Source: Camelus dromedarius (taxonomy: Eukaryota). Taken from it: 64,000 bases of DNA. Shown piece by piece: positions 24,340 through 37,380 of the stretch. Both the position numbers and the translations under genes were made by a program. Within the stretch, counting starts at the first letter, position 1; every line of letters starts with the position of its first letter. The DNA lies in assembly GCF_036321535.1 (NCBI RefSeq), contig NC_087436.1, positions 103,356,001 to 103,420,000 on the forward strand, in the 5' to 3' direction. The notes under the pieces are model-generated. The model did not search any database, was not told the DNA's origin, and worked only from the letters and a program-made list of their open reading frames with translations.

Positions 24340-27000
24340 ATACTCATTTTTTTTGAACCCATCAGAGAGCTGTAAACAAACAGCCTGAGATCTAGGATAT
24401 GACGAGGTTCCCCTAGAGGAGATGAACATAAGTACTGGCTTACCTTGGCATCAAGAGAAAGACAGCACCTCCACTCAAGCAGGTAAGAAAAAATAGCTAA
24501 ATTTTTTTAACAAATTACTAAAGGGTGAGTATAGGGTAACGAGAGAGTGGAAGAACTCTGGGTGATTAGATTCAGGGGAAATTGCACCCTCTAACAGGTT
24601 TTTCTTCATGGACTTCCACTGGGCACTCACAAGAAAGAATAATGGTAGGAAGGAGACTGAAGAAAGCCTTCTTTGGTGGCACAGGTCTAGAGGAGGGGCA
24701 CAGTCACCAGTTCAGAAAGGAATGAAGTCCCAAAGAGACCCTGAGGAACACAAGATTTAAGCCACTGAGGACAAAGGAGAAAGCCCGGCCATCCCCAGAG
24801 CACAGTGAAGACCTACTGCGACTGGAAGAAATAACAAAGGAAAAGCCATCTACGTTTGGGGGAGGGGCAGAAAAATCATCCTGGGCCAGACCATTAGAGA
24901 TTGTCCACCGCAGACGAAGGAGCTGAGTCACAGAGGAGTTACTACTCACTGGGCATCAGTATAGAGGTCTTGTCTAAGAATAAGGCTGACCCGAGACAAC
25001 AAAGGGCCCTCTCAGACGACCCACCACCAGGTTAGCGTAGTACTGAATAACAAACAAGAAGACATTCTACTGCTGGAGAAGGACAAGAGGGTAGAGAGAG
25101 TGCCCATCTGCAGTTCAGACACACAGGGAAGGCCCAAGGCCAAGGTTGGAGCAGGAAAGTTGGTGGGGAAAAAAACCTGACCAACAGTCCTCACCCTAAG
25201 AAAGAAGCAGAACAGAGGAATTTGAAATTGCTGTGAACTGAAGGTAAAAAATATTGCCAACAAAATACAGAACTAGCTCAACTCCTGTCTAGATTAACTC
25301 AATCCCCATGTTAACATCATAGCAGAAGGAGAATTGTGCCCATTTCCAAGCAAAAATACTATGTACTTCAGTCTCTACTGTTTTGCACACTGTTTCTGGC
25401 AATCAGTGAAAACTATCAATAGACACACACAAAGCAAAGAAAAAAAAATACAGTTCACCATCAAGAAACAACATATTCAACAGAATGAGACTCATAGATG
25501 ACACAAAATTAGTAGACAGGGAATTTAAATTAACTATAATTAATAATTTAACATCTCTCATGAAAAAGTTAGATAACATAAACATAAGAAATTTTAGAAA
25601 CTAAGAATAAAATGGAAAAAGAAATTTCAGCTTTATTTTGATTGATATTTACATGACATTTCTTATATCGTGTTATTCTTTTTCTCTGGTTACTTTTGTC
25701 TATCCCTGTTTTTAAATTTAAAGTGGATTTCTTCTAGACAGTTTTTTGGACTTTGATATTTTTATCCAATCTGACAAATTCAGTTCTTTGATTTGTTTAT
25801 GCCAGTTCTACTCTATATAATTATTGATACGTTTGGCTTAAAATCTACAAACTTGATAGTTGTTTTGGGTGTTTTCCATTTGTTTTTTATTTTTCCCTCT
25901 TTATCTATCTAGTTGTGGGCTGAATACTTTTTCTGGTTTCATTTTATCTCCACCGTTGTGTTTTATTATTTGTATCTGTGCAAAAATGTCTAGTATTTAC
26001 AATACTGAACTTAATTCATCAAATGGAGTTGATAGCTTGTTAATATCAGAAAAGTACACATTAGAACAATAAATATTACTTGTGATAGAGAGACTTTACT
26101 TAACGTTAAGAAGGGCAATTGACCAAGAAAACATAACAATTCTAAACATGTATGTAACTAAAAACAGAAATATGAAATACATAAAGCAAAACTGATAGAA
26201 CTGCAAGAAGAAGTGAACAAAATTCATACTTTAATTTGCTATTTCAACAATCCGAAAGTAATTGATAGGACAAGTAGTTATAAAATTAATAAATATATAA
26301 AAGTTCTAAATAACACCATCAAACGAACAGAACCTAAGTGATATTTATAGAATATTCCACTCAGAAAGAGCAGAGTATACCTTCTTTTCAGTACTTGAAC
26401 ATTCACCAAGATCTACCACATTCTGAACCAAAAAACAAATATTAACAAACTTCAAGAACTAAAATCCTATGAAGTATATTGACTGGCCATACAAAATAAA
26501 ATTGAAATCAATAACAGAAATACATTTGGAAAAATGCCAATTATATGAGAAGCAAACAACACACTTCTAAATACTCAGGAATAAAAGAATAACTTTCAAA
26601 GGAAACTAGAAGTATTCTAAATGAAATATAGAGGGCATCACTTCAGGTCCTACAGATATCATATACTAAAAGGTGACACTATGAACAAACTTGTGCCTAC
26701 AAATTTAACAACATATATGTAATCAACAAATTCATTGTGCACCACTAACAGAACTAACAGAAGCTCATAAAAAACAGAAACATAGGTTCATGTAAGAATC
26801 TATACACAAATGTTTATGGTAGCTATAGTCATAACTACTAAAAAATGGAAATTGACTCCAGCTGTTGAGTTTATAAGCTGTGGAAGATCCCAAATAAAGA
26901 ATACTACAGAGAGATAAAAAGAAATGAACTATGGATACACCCCTAATACAGATAAATCTCTAATGCACAAAGCTAGTTGAAAGAAGTTAGTCTCAAGACA
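24340..27000 (+). mobile_element. Deleted and rearranged old L1M element (5'UTR, ORF1 start, ORF2 endonuclease, 3' end)
   Basis: ORF1-like gaatttaaattaactataattaat; EN-like ataacaattctaaacatgtatg...aaactgatagaactgcaagaagaa...cattcaccaagat; 3' aaaaagaaatgaactatggatac. ~25625-25970 is inverted. No open frame. Confidence 0.8.
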
Positions 27001-27824
27001 CATATACACACAGACGCACATACACTACATACAAACAGGCATACATACATACATGCATACATATGCACATAATTCTAGAGAATCTGTCCTAACCTTAGTC
27101 ACAAACTTACCCTTTGCCACTGTCAGTTCCACTGGTGCCATTTGAACTCACTTCCTGAATAGTTGATACTTAATAACCATTTATTTTCTGTTATAGTGCT
27201 TGTATAATGAAAAAGTGCTTAATGAAAAGTGGAGTTTAATTAAATGAGTTTAATATTACCACCTGCTTATAGGGACATAGAGACATTACATAGATTTACA
27301 TATTAACTTTTGTCATCCAAGTAATTTCACTCTTTCAGCCTTCCTCCATTCCTATAAGAAACAGATAAAAACGAGCCAGGTGACATGCACGGCACATCTG
27401 AGTGATCTATAAAATACAACTCTAAGATTTGTATGAGGTACTTTCTGAAACACATGATAAATACAATAAGTAATAGTTAAGTAAATCTGATGATGCAGAA
27501 AGGCATTTTATAAATTCTGGAGTCTGTTCTGGTCTGATACCCGTGATAAGTAACAGATTACTACAAGCTGAGTTCCAAGGGAGAGTGGGATCCCAACCAG
27601 CTGGACCTGGAAACAATTTAAAGTTATTTTACACCCAGTATGTGAGTGCTTGGATGAAACACATGAGAATGCATAGAGCAATACATTACTCCAGCAGGAA
27701 GCAGCCTTAGGAAGTCACTAAAAAGCCACATGAAAACAAAAGTCAATTTCAAAGAAAGTCACCAAATCACTAGAATTCCTTTATGTGGCTTCCAGGAGAA
27801 AGCAACCAGTAAATCTTGGTGAGG

Positions 27825-28050
27825 GGATTTAATGTTTATTGAACAACATATTATTAAGCAGGAGTTTGACACAATTATTTCATTTAAACTATGACTGCAA
27901 GTGCTCTGGGAGTTAGGTGATGGCGTCCCCATTTAATATATGGAGAAACTCAGGCTCACTGACCTTCAACCATCACATGACCCTAAAACCTATTAGTGAT
28001 TCAGGCTTCATACTGGTATTTTATTGATTCCACTTCATCAGGCTTCCATC
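27825..28050 (-). mobile_element. MIR SINE
   Basis: tttattgaac...gtccccatttaatatatggagaaactcaggctca. Confidence 0.65.
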
Positions 28051-28597
28051 TTCCATAATCATGTCCCACAAAGTCTTTCATTATAGTTCATGAAACGCCC
28101 ATACAGTGTTATGACTGTGGTATCAAGAAGCTTATTGGTTCTGAGTATATATCTTAAAACCCCAAAATGTGTTCCCAGAGAGTTCTTTCAGAGTAACTAT
28201 TTTAGTATGTGTGATTTTTCTGAAGAGCTGGATTTTCTAATATTAAATGTCCCTGAAGCCATTACTATGTAACACAAATTGAAGTGGAGACACCAATTAC
28301 CTGCTGTTCTAGAAATATTTCAGCAGCCTATTCCAAAAATACAGATCAGCATATTCACTTTGGGGTCTTGACATTTGCAGAATGACCATCAGCCTTGCTT
28401 AAATCCTATCAAAAAATCACTGTTAGCAAAGTACTGGGAACATAATAAGCATTCAAGAAATTCATAAATGGCCAAAGTTTCATTTTTTTCATCCCTCTTT
28501 GAAATTGAATTGGCTGCTCAGATTTTAATTTTGCCTCAGCTGTGAAAAATACTTCTAAAGAAAGGAACTAGAAATTGTTCTGTTTTACACATCTTAC

Positions 28598-28654
28598 CTC
28601 AGACTCATGACGCTGGATCGGAGCTCAGTATAATCACCAAGGATATTGTGCACC
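28598..28654 (-). other. Candidate 57-nt exon, minus strand
   Basis: Acceptor aaatttatgtttttAG and donor GAG|GTAAGA (28597-28592). Length is a multiple of 3 and one frame is open (VHNILGDYTELRSSVMSL); no homology recognised. Confidence 0.3.
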
Positions 28655-29097
28655 CTAAAAACATAAATTTCAATTTAAAAATCTTACAAACATGTAATGT
28701 AAAAAAAAGTAAAAGCAAAGCCAAACAGGCTAAAATTCCTATTGAATGAGACCTTCACCAAAGACTCTTCTAGCATATTTTGGTGTGTTCACTTCGGAGG
28801 AGTCAGTCCAGGCCTGAACAGACAAGGTTAAGACTACAAAACTCGAACTGATGCAAAATAGTAAAAACCAACTTGAAGAAAGGACAACATATAAATCTTG
28901 CCCTTGTTATATGGCTAATAATATTTATGTAGGTAATGTCACAGGAGGAAAAATTAATATGCGTTGTTTTACCAAGCTAAGAAGAAGTGGAAGCTGCAAT
29001 AACCAGCATTAGTGATGATGTCGGTGCATTTCTCTGAGGCTTTTTATACAAACTGAGATGAGCCACATAATAAGGATCAAAGTAAATAACAGCTCTG

Positions 29098-29129
29098 CTG
29101 TTGCCTGTTGCCTGTTGCCTGTTGCCTGT
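29098..29129. repeat. (CTGTTGC)n 7-mer tandem repeat, ~4.6 copies
   Basis: Seen directly. Confidence 0.95.
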
Positions 29130-29274
29130 GAAGTGGGGCAGTTCTGGTGGAGAGAAACTACTGCATCCTGAAAACATCCATTTAAATAATTGAGGACACC
29201 TGGTGTGAGAGAACTAAGGCCAATTTTGCTGATTTTTCATTCTTTTGTGTGTGTGTGTGTTTCTCCATTTTCAG

Positions 29275-29327
29275 TGAACCAAGAAGATTAAATGTGATTA
29301 TACCTGCCAGTTGCATCCTCTAGGAAG
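29275..29327 (+). other. Candidate 53-nt non-coding exon, plus strand
   Basis: (TG)n plus tttctccattttcAG acceptor; donor AAG|GTAAAA; stops in all three frames. Confidence 0.3.
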
Positions 29328-29699
29328 GTAAAACTGTTTTTATTTTGAAGAACATTATAAAAATATGTGGTTCACTCATCGCTCAATTCATTATGGGTAA
29401 TTTATGCATAGCGCAGTATCACGAAAAAGTTTTCACTCTACTTTGAAAGTGGGTTTCTCCTTTTCTACCAGGAGAGTTTAACTATTAAACTATGGAGTTC
29501 TTAAATATCAAAAATTTACTAGGCATACACCATTTTTTCAATGATTAGTACATTTTATTCTAGAATTTATTAAACAGATTTGTAGAACATTGCAGTTCCT
29601 CTAAAATGCAGTCCTTTTATGTTTATTGCAGCTCTGCTTCTAATTTCGTCTTATTTTAAGAATTCAACTGGTCCTAATAACTATTTAAATCAAAATATA

Positions 29700-30475
29700 G
29701 TCTGAACTCTTATTTATTCTAAGCACCTGAGCACATGAAAAGTAAATGTATATGAACATGTGTATATACGTAAACATATGTAATATATATATAAGAATAA
29801 ATAATACATACATATAAACACAGTTGTTTCTGTCCTCAGGAAGCTTACTGTTAGGAAGTAAGATATGTATTGAACAAGTAATTAAAGGGAATGACATGTC
29901 ACTCATTGGGATGATGCTCAAGAACCTATGGCAGGGCATTTCAACCTAGTCCTGCAGAAGAAAGAAGGTCCTGGATTAAGGTCATTTTTAATTGAGGACC
30001 TAACTAAATGGAAGCAGAGGGAATGAAGAACATATTCTAGTCTGAAGAAATGGCATATTCAAGGGCAGAGAAGTGCAAGTCAAAAACGCATTCCAAGAAT
30101 TAAAAGCAGTTCAGAATGACTGGAGAGATCAATCTGACGACTGGGAGCTAAGGCTGGGAGGTTGAAAAAGAAGCAGAGTGTGGACCATATATTATGTGTG
30201 TGACGTTATCTGTAAGAGAAAGCTCTGGAGGTAGTAAAACAAAGAAGCACTGTGATCAAAAATAGTTTTGGAAAATTACTCTAGCTAGGAGACTGGGTAT
30301 GCAGAGCGTTGAAAGGAAGGAGACAGCCATTTATACAGGGGAACTATTTAGAAAGCTGTTGCAGCTGTGTACAATAGTGCTGTATATTGTGGAGTAAGAA
30401 TGAAAGGAGAATTCGTGATACATTGGGGAAATAAGAAAGGCACGTGGAAGGTAAGGTAAATATCAAGGTGATCGA
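29700..30475 (-). mobile_element. L2 LINE, antisense
   Basis: ctgtcctcaggaagcttactg, gcagttcagaatgactggag, ttttggaaaattactctagc motifs. Confidence 0.7.
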
Positions 30476-30639
30476 CAAGAGCTATGCGTGTGTGTGTGTG
30501 TGTGAATCAGCTTAATGCAGGCAAGTAGTAAAATAAGTAATAACGATTTTCAGAGATAATAATTTATCACTGTCTCTTGATATGGGCCAGTTTGTAACCT
30601 CAGGAAGCAATCATACTTCTTTTTTAGTTTTCTCAATTA

Positions 30640-32084
30640 CATGCATATCTTCATATTAGCTTGACACCAATTTATGACTCCAGAGTTGGAGGGCTACTTC
30701 TCCGTCCACACAAAGTGGCTGGCCAGGTTGAGAGGATTTTCTTTTTCTATTGTTTTCCAAGTGTGTGAGCATGTACTGCAGCCACCATCTGTTTTTGGCT
30801 GCCACCAAAATCTACCAAGTTGATACATGTGTAAACTATGCTCTGGCGTCTTTCTCATCCTCCAGCTGATCCTAAGGGATTTCTCCAAATGCACGTAGGT
30901 ATGAGCTGAGGAGAGGCAGACCTGTCCTTTGGTGTCCCCTTGCACGTGCTGTTTGATCAGTTCTAATACTCCTCTTCCATCGTATGTTGAGTTGCTGCCG
31001 AGCCCACCTGATCTTTCTGGATCTGACAGAACCCAAATCACAATGGGAAGTTCCAGATGTACAGTCATTTGGTTTTGCATGGTCAAGCATTCTGCCCCTC
31101 CCAGGGCCCAGTAGCATTCTAGGAGCAATTTTACAAAAGGCGTATCATTTTTGCTGCAGGTGGCCTGGCCCTGCTCCAGAAGTTGACCATTGCGATCCTC
31201 CCACTGAGGCTTACTATATAAGCTCCATGTGACATTTTTTCATCCACTGATACTTCTAAAACCAGAGAGTATTCCAGATTGTGTGGCCCAGGTGTCGGGC
31301 TGCTTGCAACACAGCCTGGGAATGCTTCAGAGCTTTGTCCTGCTCTGTGCCTCACTCAAACGTGGCGGATTTTCCTGTCCCCCCACTATGTGGGTCAGAT
31401 CAATTTTCCAGCTGGAAAATACCATCTCCAGAATATCACTAAACATTAGTCACTCAGAACCTGCAAGATGCAATATTTCATCTTTTGCTTTGAAGACAGT
31501 GTCCTGTTATACCTCTTATTAACAGGACCCTAAAATGTTGAATGATTGTCAAGCCCCTGATTGTTTTTTAAATTAGGTCTCTAAACTTGGCCTAACAGAC
31601 ATCCTTGCTTGGGCATTTGCTCTAGAATACCGCCACTCCTAACTATTAAGTTCTGGGCCTGGTCCTCATGTTTCTCTGCTCCCCTCTGTAGGAGGTGAGA
31701 ATTGCTTTTGTCTCTGTAAACAAAGAGGCCCTTTGGCATCCACACTCAATTTTTAATAGTTCATTAATCCTTGAGATCTTTTATCATATTTATCTAGGTG
31801 TCAATGATACATAGCAATAGCCTTCTAAACCCACTGTCTTTACAGTTATTCTTTTCTTGTACTTTTCAAAAGTCTGACAAATTGCAAAAGTTAGGGCATT
31901 CCCTCCCACCTGCATGCCATCCCGAGTCACCATCCTTGTGAGTTTTAACAACTGAACTGCTGCCTACACCAGGGGATGTCACCTGAGTCCCACCCACTAC
32001 TAATGACTGACTGGAAGGGAAAGTGATTCAGCTCCATAACCCAATTGTTATAACTTCCTTTCTTGAACCACTCCTGGCATTAGC
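30640..32084 (-). pseudogene. Decayed ERVL (HERV16/ERV3-16A3-like) internal region with gag start and pol remnants
   Basis: Minus-strand peptides LVLEVSV..FWSRARP (31131-31355) and LLECYWAL..LTM..ELPI..WVLSDP (30694-31128) match the ERVL Pol RT-connection/RNase H motif LLACYWAL...ELPIMNWVLSDP. Frameshifted. Leader ccaggagtggttcaagaaagg...tggagctgaatcac abuts the LTR. Confidence 0.85.
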
Positions 32085-32488
32085 TTGCAGGTTATACCCT
32101 CTAGAAGCAGAAACTGAGATGGAGTGTGACATGTAAGATATTCATAAGGGATCTACAGGTGTGGAAAAGAAAGAGAGAAAACAAGACTGGGCAGAGGGAA
32201 AAGTCTAATTATGTTGTCAGACTACAAAAGCCACACTTCATTCCACAGGGAGCTCTGGAGCATAAATGGTCCATCAGAGGTGCACTGTGTTGGGCCAAGA
32301 TACCTGGATCTTTAAACCCCTACTTGCATCAGTCACTGAATATGGGCCACTATGGGTAGGACATGCCCTTGAGCAAGGTGGCTCTTTGCAACTGAGGCAA
32401 AGAACTGGCATTTGGAAACTGTCTACTGACATCTGGCACAATCAGTCCTTCCTTGAAGAGTCTGGACAATACCTGTGTGCCCACCATG
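32085..32488 (-). mobile_element. LTR16-family 5' LTR of the ERVL remnant
   Basis: ctagaagcagaaactgagatgg...gactgggcagagggaaaagt...ccacagggagctctggagc...tcagtcactgaatatgggc. Confidence 0.8.
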
Positions 32489-32929
32489 TTTCTATTCCCT
32501 CTCTTCTCTAGGAAAGAATCTTAATGCATTTGGGAGTAAGGAGTGGGGAAATCACAGGAAGTTAAGAGGTCTTTAAATTCATCTGAGGGGCACACGGAGC
32601 TCCTTAACTTCTTTGGCTCTGGATACTTTGTGGGACTTAGATGATAAGACTCCTGATCTGACGTCTTTTGACTTGACCCAGGATCATCAGCCTCCATCTA
32701 GCAGCTAACTCAGTGTCATCTTGGCTCTCTCTGCTACAGAGAAGCCTTCTGAGTCTACCTCCTGTCATCCATCTGTCCTTATTCCTGCTGGTGTACCAGA
32801 AGCCACCAGGTTTGACTTGGTTTACCACTTGGTTTACTGCATCCATTATCTAGAAAGTCCCTGAAACTTTTGCTGGCTTTCAGATTTTCTGCTTTTGAAA
32901 TTCGATCTCACTTAAAGTTCCTCCTTTAG

Positions 32930-33313
32930 CAGCTGGGGTGGGGGATGCTACCCTCTGTTCCTTAAATAGTCCCATTGATCCACTATAATTCTCGACTTTG
33001 CAGTTAAACTGAGCTATATGACCAGTTCTGTTCAATAAAATAAAGCAGAAAGGACATGGGGAGAATCCAAAATGAGGCACTGAGAAGCCCATACAGAATT
33101 CTTCAGAATCTCTCTTCCCTCCAAGGTAATTAAGGGAGCTTTAAGCTCTCAGTGATAGAACCTCTATCCATAGTCTCTGTGTGACTGTACACCATCGAGA
33201 CCTTAATGCAGCAAATGAAACATCAGTGAGAAATACATTTTTGCTGTGTTGAAGGCACCACTGACACATGGTAATTGCTTCTGAGTGTAGCTTATTCTGT
33301 CCTGATTAATAAC
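32930..33313 (+). mobile_element. Old MaLR LTR (MLT1H/J-like)
   Basis: gtgagaaatacatttttgctgtgttgaaggcaccactga...tcctgattaataacaca 3' end. Confidence 0.6.
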
Positions 33314-33619
33314 ACAATGCCACAATGAAAGTGGGATTGAACTGGGAGAGCAAACCTGCCGTCTTTTGCCAACCCCAACAGTATGGCCATGCACTGGATT
33401 GGCAGAGGTGAGGGGTTATTTGGGGGATGTTCACATCTCTGTCTCCTCCTGGTTGGGGATGGAGAGAGACCTTGCCTTCAGTATTACCTTCAATATATCT
33501 AATACTCACCTCACTAAAGCATGCTTCTGTCCTAGAGAGCCAGTATCAAACAAATTGGCATATTTAAAGTGCTTTGAATAATGCCTTGTGCAGAGTAAAA
33601 GTGGTGTTGACTCTTTCTA

Positions 33620-33752
33620 GAATTAAACTCCTTGAGAGGAGAGATTTCTGTCCATTGAATTTAGTGCTTGTACCTCAGCACATGGAACCCTGCCTAAAAC
33701 ACAGTATGCATTCAATCAGTGTGTGTTAAATGAATGATGAATGAATAAATGT
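33620..33752 (+). mobile_element. L2 3' end
   Basis: taaactccttgagagg...cacagtatgcattcaat...aaatgaatgatgaatgaat. Confidence 0.75.
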
Positions 33753-34399
33753 GAATATTTGATTCTCCCTCCTTCCTCCTTGGGTCTCAATTTTTGCTTC
33801 CTCTAACATATTAACTCTCCATGACCAAAGAGAGGTAGGAACTTTCCTTTGACTTTCCCAAGTCATATGTGCTTTCTTGCCAATATGACAGTATGACAAT
33901 ATGACACACATTAGGGCCACTGATACCTTCTATACCTTATGGAAGAAACGTTCATTCTTGTTAGCCAAGCTTGCTGTCCTAACTGAGTAAGACTCCCTTC
34001 CTTTAAGTTTAAACCTCACGCAGTGGTGGGAGGCAAAATCAATGATGTGCAGTGAAATCCATGAGACTAACATTGGTGGAAAACTGATTCCCATTACAAG
34101 CCAGTTTATTTTACAGCACCAAGTCAATAATATTTATCTTCTGTTCTGTAGTTTACATTGAAAACTTGTAAGTTATGTTTACACAATTAGGATTTTATTA
34201 AGATGTTTACTACAAAACCAAGTGTTGTATCATGAATACATTTATTTACCTGTGGGCTCTATTTTTCTTCCACTGTAAAATTTCCTTGCACTCTTTACCT
34301 TTGTTGTTTATTTAGGGACACTTCCAAAACTGTAGAATCTCCTCTGAATTTGCCACACAACTGGCTGCAAGAAATTCATGTCTCCCTGCTTTCACCTTT

Positions 34400-37380
34400 C
34401 ATTTACGCTGATCACGCTCTAGGTCAGATTCACACCTGTTTTCCCAGGACTTCAACTCATTAATCTCCTGAGTGTGCTTCATTGCTGTTTAGATCCCACA
34501 TCTTTCTGTTTCCTGATTTCCTCCCTGTTTTCTCTGGAGCACACCCTCATATAATTCCCTAAGAAAGAATATAAAGGCATTACGCTGGCTGAATAGTATT
34601 CCATTGAACTGGTGTGGTATTCTAAGTTAAAAACCCTTTCATCTGAGAACACTAAAGGTGTTGTTTCCTTACTTTTAGTTTGGTTTAAGAAATTGATTCC
34701 AGTCTGATGTTCTTTTCCTTTTTTTAGGCAAGTTTATGTTTCCTGTTCTAGTGCTTTTGTTACTGAGTCCAAGCTTGTACTGCTTGCCACACAACAGGCC
34801 AATAAACTGAAAGACAGTGCTGGGGCAAGGAATAGTGACTTTCTTTGGAAAGCCAGCAGACCAAGAAGATGGGGGACCAGTGTCCCAAAAAACCATCTTC
34901 CCCAAGTTAGATTTCAGGCTGCTTTTATACTAAAAGGGGGTAGGTTGTCACTGGTTGTTGCAAAAATCTTGGTGCAGGAATCTTTTGTTCTTGAAACTGT
35001 CCGTGTAGGTCTGGTCATGGTGTTCCTGTAAACCTCCAACAAGACAGATGTCATTCTCTGTTCTGTGACTTTTTATCTCTATATGAATGACCTTGAGCTA
35101 TCATGTATATTTCAGGCTGTAGGAAACATTCTTTTACAAAGGTGCAGACCCAGCATGTCCAAGCACAGGCAACAAGGTACAACAATTAGAGCTAAAGGCA
35201 TTGAGCCAATGTGGAGTCAGGTTTGTTCTTTTCTGTTACACTTTCGGGTAATTTCTTTATCTATGTTGTTATGAATTTTCAAAATGCTACATACAGGTGT
35301 GGTTCTTATTGACCATTCTTTTGTTTTGACTTTTCTAAATCCTGAATAGGTCTTTCCTACTTGAAGATAATATCCTTCTTCAATTCTGAGAACTTCTGTT
35401 TTTGTTTTTGTGATAATTCCCTTTGGTCCTTCCTATCTCTTCATTTTTTTCTGGTTAATTAATGTTAATAAAATGATGGATCTGAATTGATCTTTGTTAT
35501 CTTTTAACTTTTATATTTTTTTCTTGTTCTTTGCTTTAATTTCTAAGAGATAATCGCAAATTTGTGCATATCTATTAATATATCACATTTATTTAATTTC
35601 AACAACTATCTTGTTAATTTGCAATGTGGTCTGATTTTTTTCAGGGCAACCTCATTTTATAGATGATTTTTATTATTAAAATTTTTGAAGGTATTCATAG
35701 AGTCTAGTGTAAAATTGTTTTATTTTGATTAACTTTAATTACCTCTTTCACCTGCTTCTGGGGTCATTTTTTCTCTTTACTTTTCTTGTCCACCTTTCTT
35801 CAGGTGCAGCCTTTTGTCAGTTACCTGGACAACCTTTGTAGTTTGAACATGATTACAGATAAGACAACAGGCATGCTGAGCGGGGAGGCTCTCTGTATGT
35901 GAGGGAGCGTATTTGACTGGCAGGCCCAATTTAATGGCAAGTAGCTACGAAGGCTACTTTTATTTTTTACCTATTTAAAGGCATTTTTTAAATGTCCTTA
36001 ACTCTTGGGTGATTAGTTTTAATTACTTACAGCATATTCAATATACAAAACAATATAATAAAAAGAACGTCTATGTCAGCACCAACCTGATTTAAAAAAT
36101 AAGATGTTTAAGTAGGTTTGAAGCTTCTAGTAACTTTGATAATGGCATCGCAACCCATGCTGCTCTCCAGATGGTACCAAAAGTCATTCTGTCTGTCTGT
36201 CCCTTTCTTTCTCTCTCTGTGTATACATTTATATTTATATTATGTGTGTGTTACATGTTTATAAGTTTCACATAAGTGGAGACATAAATATTCTTTTGTG
36301 ACAATTATTTTTCATACAACATACTTTTTTATATGAAATATATAACTGTAGGTCATTTTCTTTTATTGCTCTGCCAGACAGCTGGGGACAGAGCAACCAC
36401 TGGATAGTCACTCTCAATAACATTCCTGTCTTAAGAGTTTCAGACTACACAGAGTGTGTCAAACTTCTGCGAAGACTGACTTGTTTTATGTTTTCAAGTT
36501 GTCCTATTTTACCTCATCCAAAGAGCTCTGGAGTAAGCACAATTCCTTGGTGTTCCTCAGTAAGTGGGGTTTTCTCTCCTAATTCACCCACGGCTAGCTA
36601 GTCCTCTGTGATTCTTGGCAACACGTGGGATCTCTAGTACTGCCTCCTTCAGGGCCTTGTTTCTGGCATCCCAAGCGTGGGCCACTGGAACAGCACAGAA
36701 CAGCGGATACTCTCAGGACAGAGGCCCGATTCAGAACCTGCTTATCTCTTGGCATTATTACCCTCCTCCACTTGGCACAGAAGAGTTTCCTTACTATTTT
36801 TGCCATCTCAGCTCTTCTTATAAAAAGCCTTTTGTAAACATGTTCCGTCTAATATTTTTAGGTGTGTTGCTCTGAGAAATTATGTATGCTTAGACAACCA
36901 TGTTGCCAAGAAAGGGAATCCCCACTATTTTATTTATTTATTTATTTAATCTGGCAAATGCTGGGCTGCTGTGTGTTGAAAGGGGTGTGACGGGAAGGAT
37001 GTCATTGTGACTGTGTGCTGGGGTATCAGCAGTTGTGTGTACCTTTTCCATTAACACCCCATTCTCAGTCCCATGTTTCACTACTGTGCTCTCTTTTACC
37101 TAAGATCTTTGGCTCTGAGGCTTTCTGAGATGCATCCTCTGTGAACAGCAGATTCCAGGAACATAAATGCTGTCTGCTCTGCCTTTATGATGTACCTACG
37201 TTTTTCTCAATCTGTTTCCTCATTCCTCTACTCCTTATTTTCAGAGATCTGTTGAAATGTCTTACCTTTTAAAGACTCATCTCCTGTTGTTTCTCTTGGC
37301 ATACATCTGCTTATGTCAAAGAGATTTCTGGTCTATCATTTAGCAGTATCTTAGGAAGTTAGGGAGTATAATCGACAGTG
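34400..37380 (-). mobile_element. Ancient L1M/HAL1-like fragments, antisense, with nested insertions
   Basis: T-rich ORF1-antisense signature (ctaaaggtgttgtttcc..., ccttcttcaattctgagaacttc); L1ME-like tail at ~36010-36370. Boundaries are rough. Confidence 0.55.
34758..35240 (-). mobile_element. Cetartiodactyl ERV1-class solo LTR, copy 2 (483 bp)
   Basis: tgttactgag...ctgttaca with a perfect 4-bp TSD CTTT (34754-34757 / 35241-35244). Colinear with 6121-6640 apart from deletions near 35090. The poly(A) signal is mutated to AAGAAA. Confidence 0.9.

Noticed and set aside
6121..35240. A single 29-kb provirus between the two similar LTRs
   Set aside because: Each LTR has its own distinct TSD, and the intervening DNA is ordinary genomic sequence.
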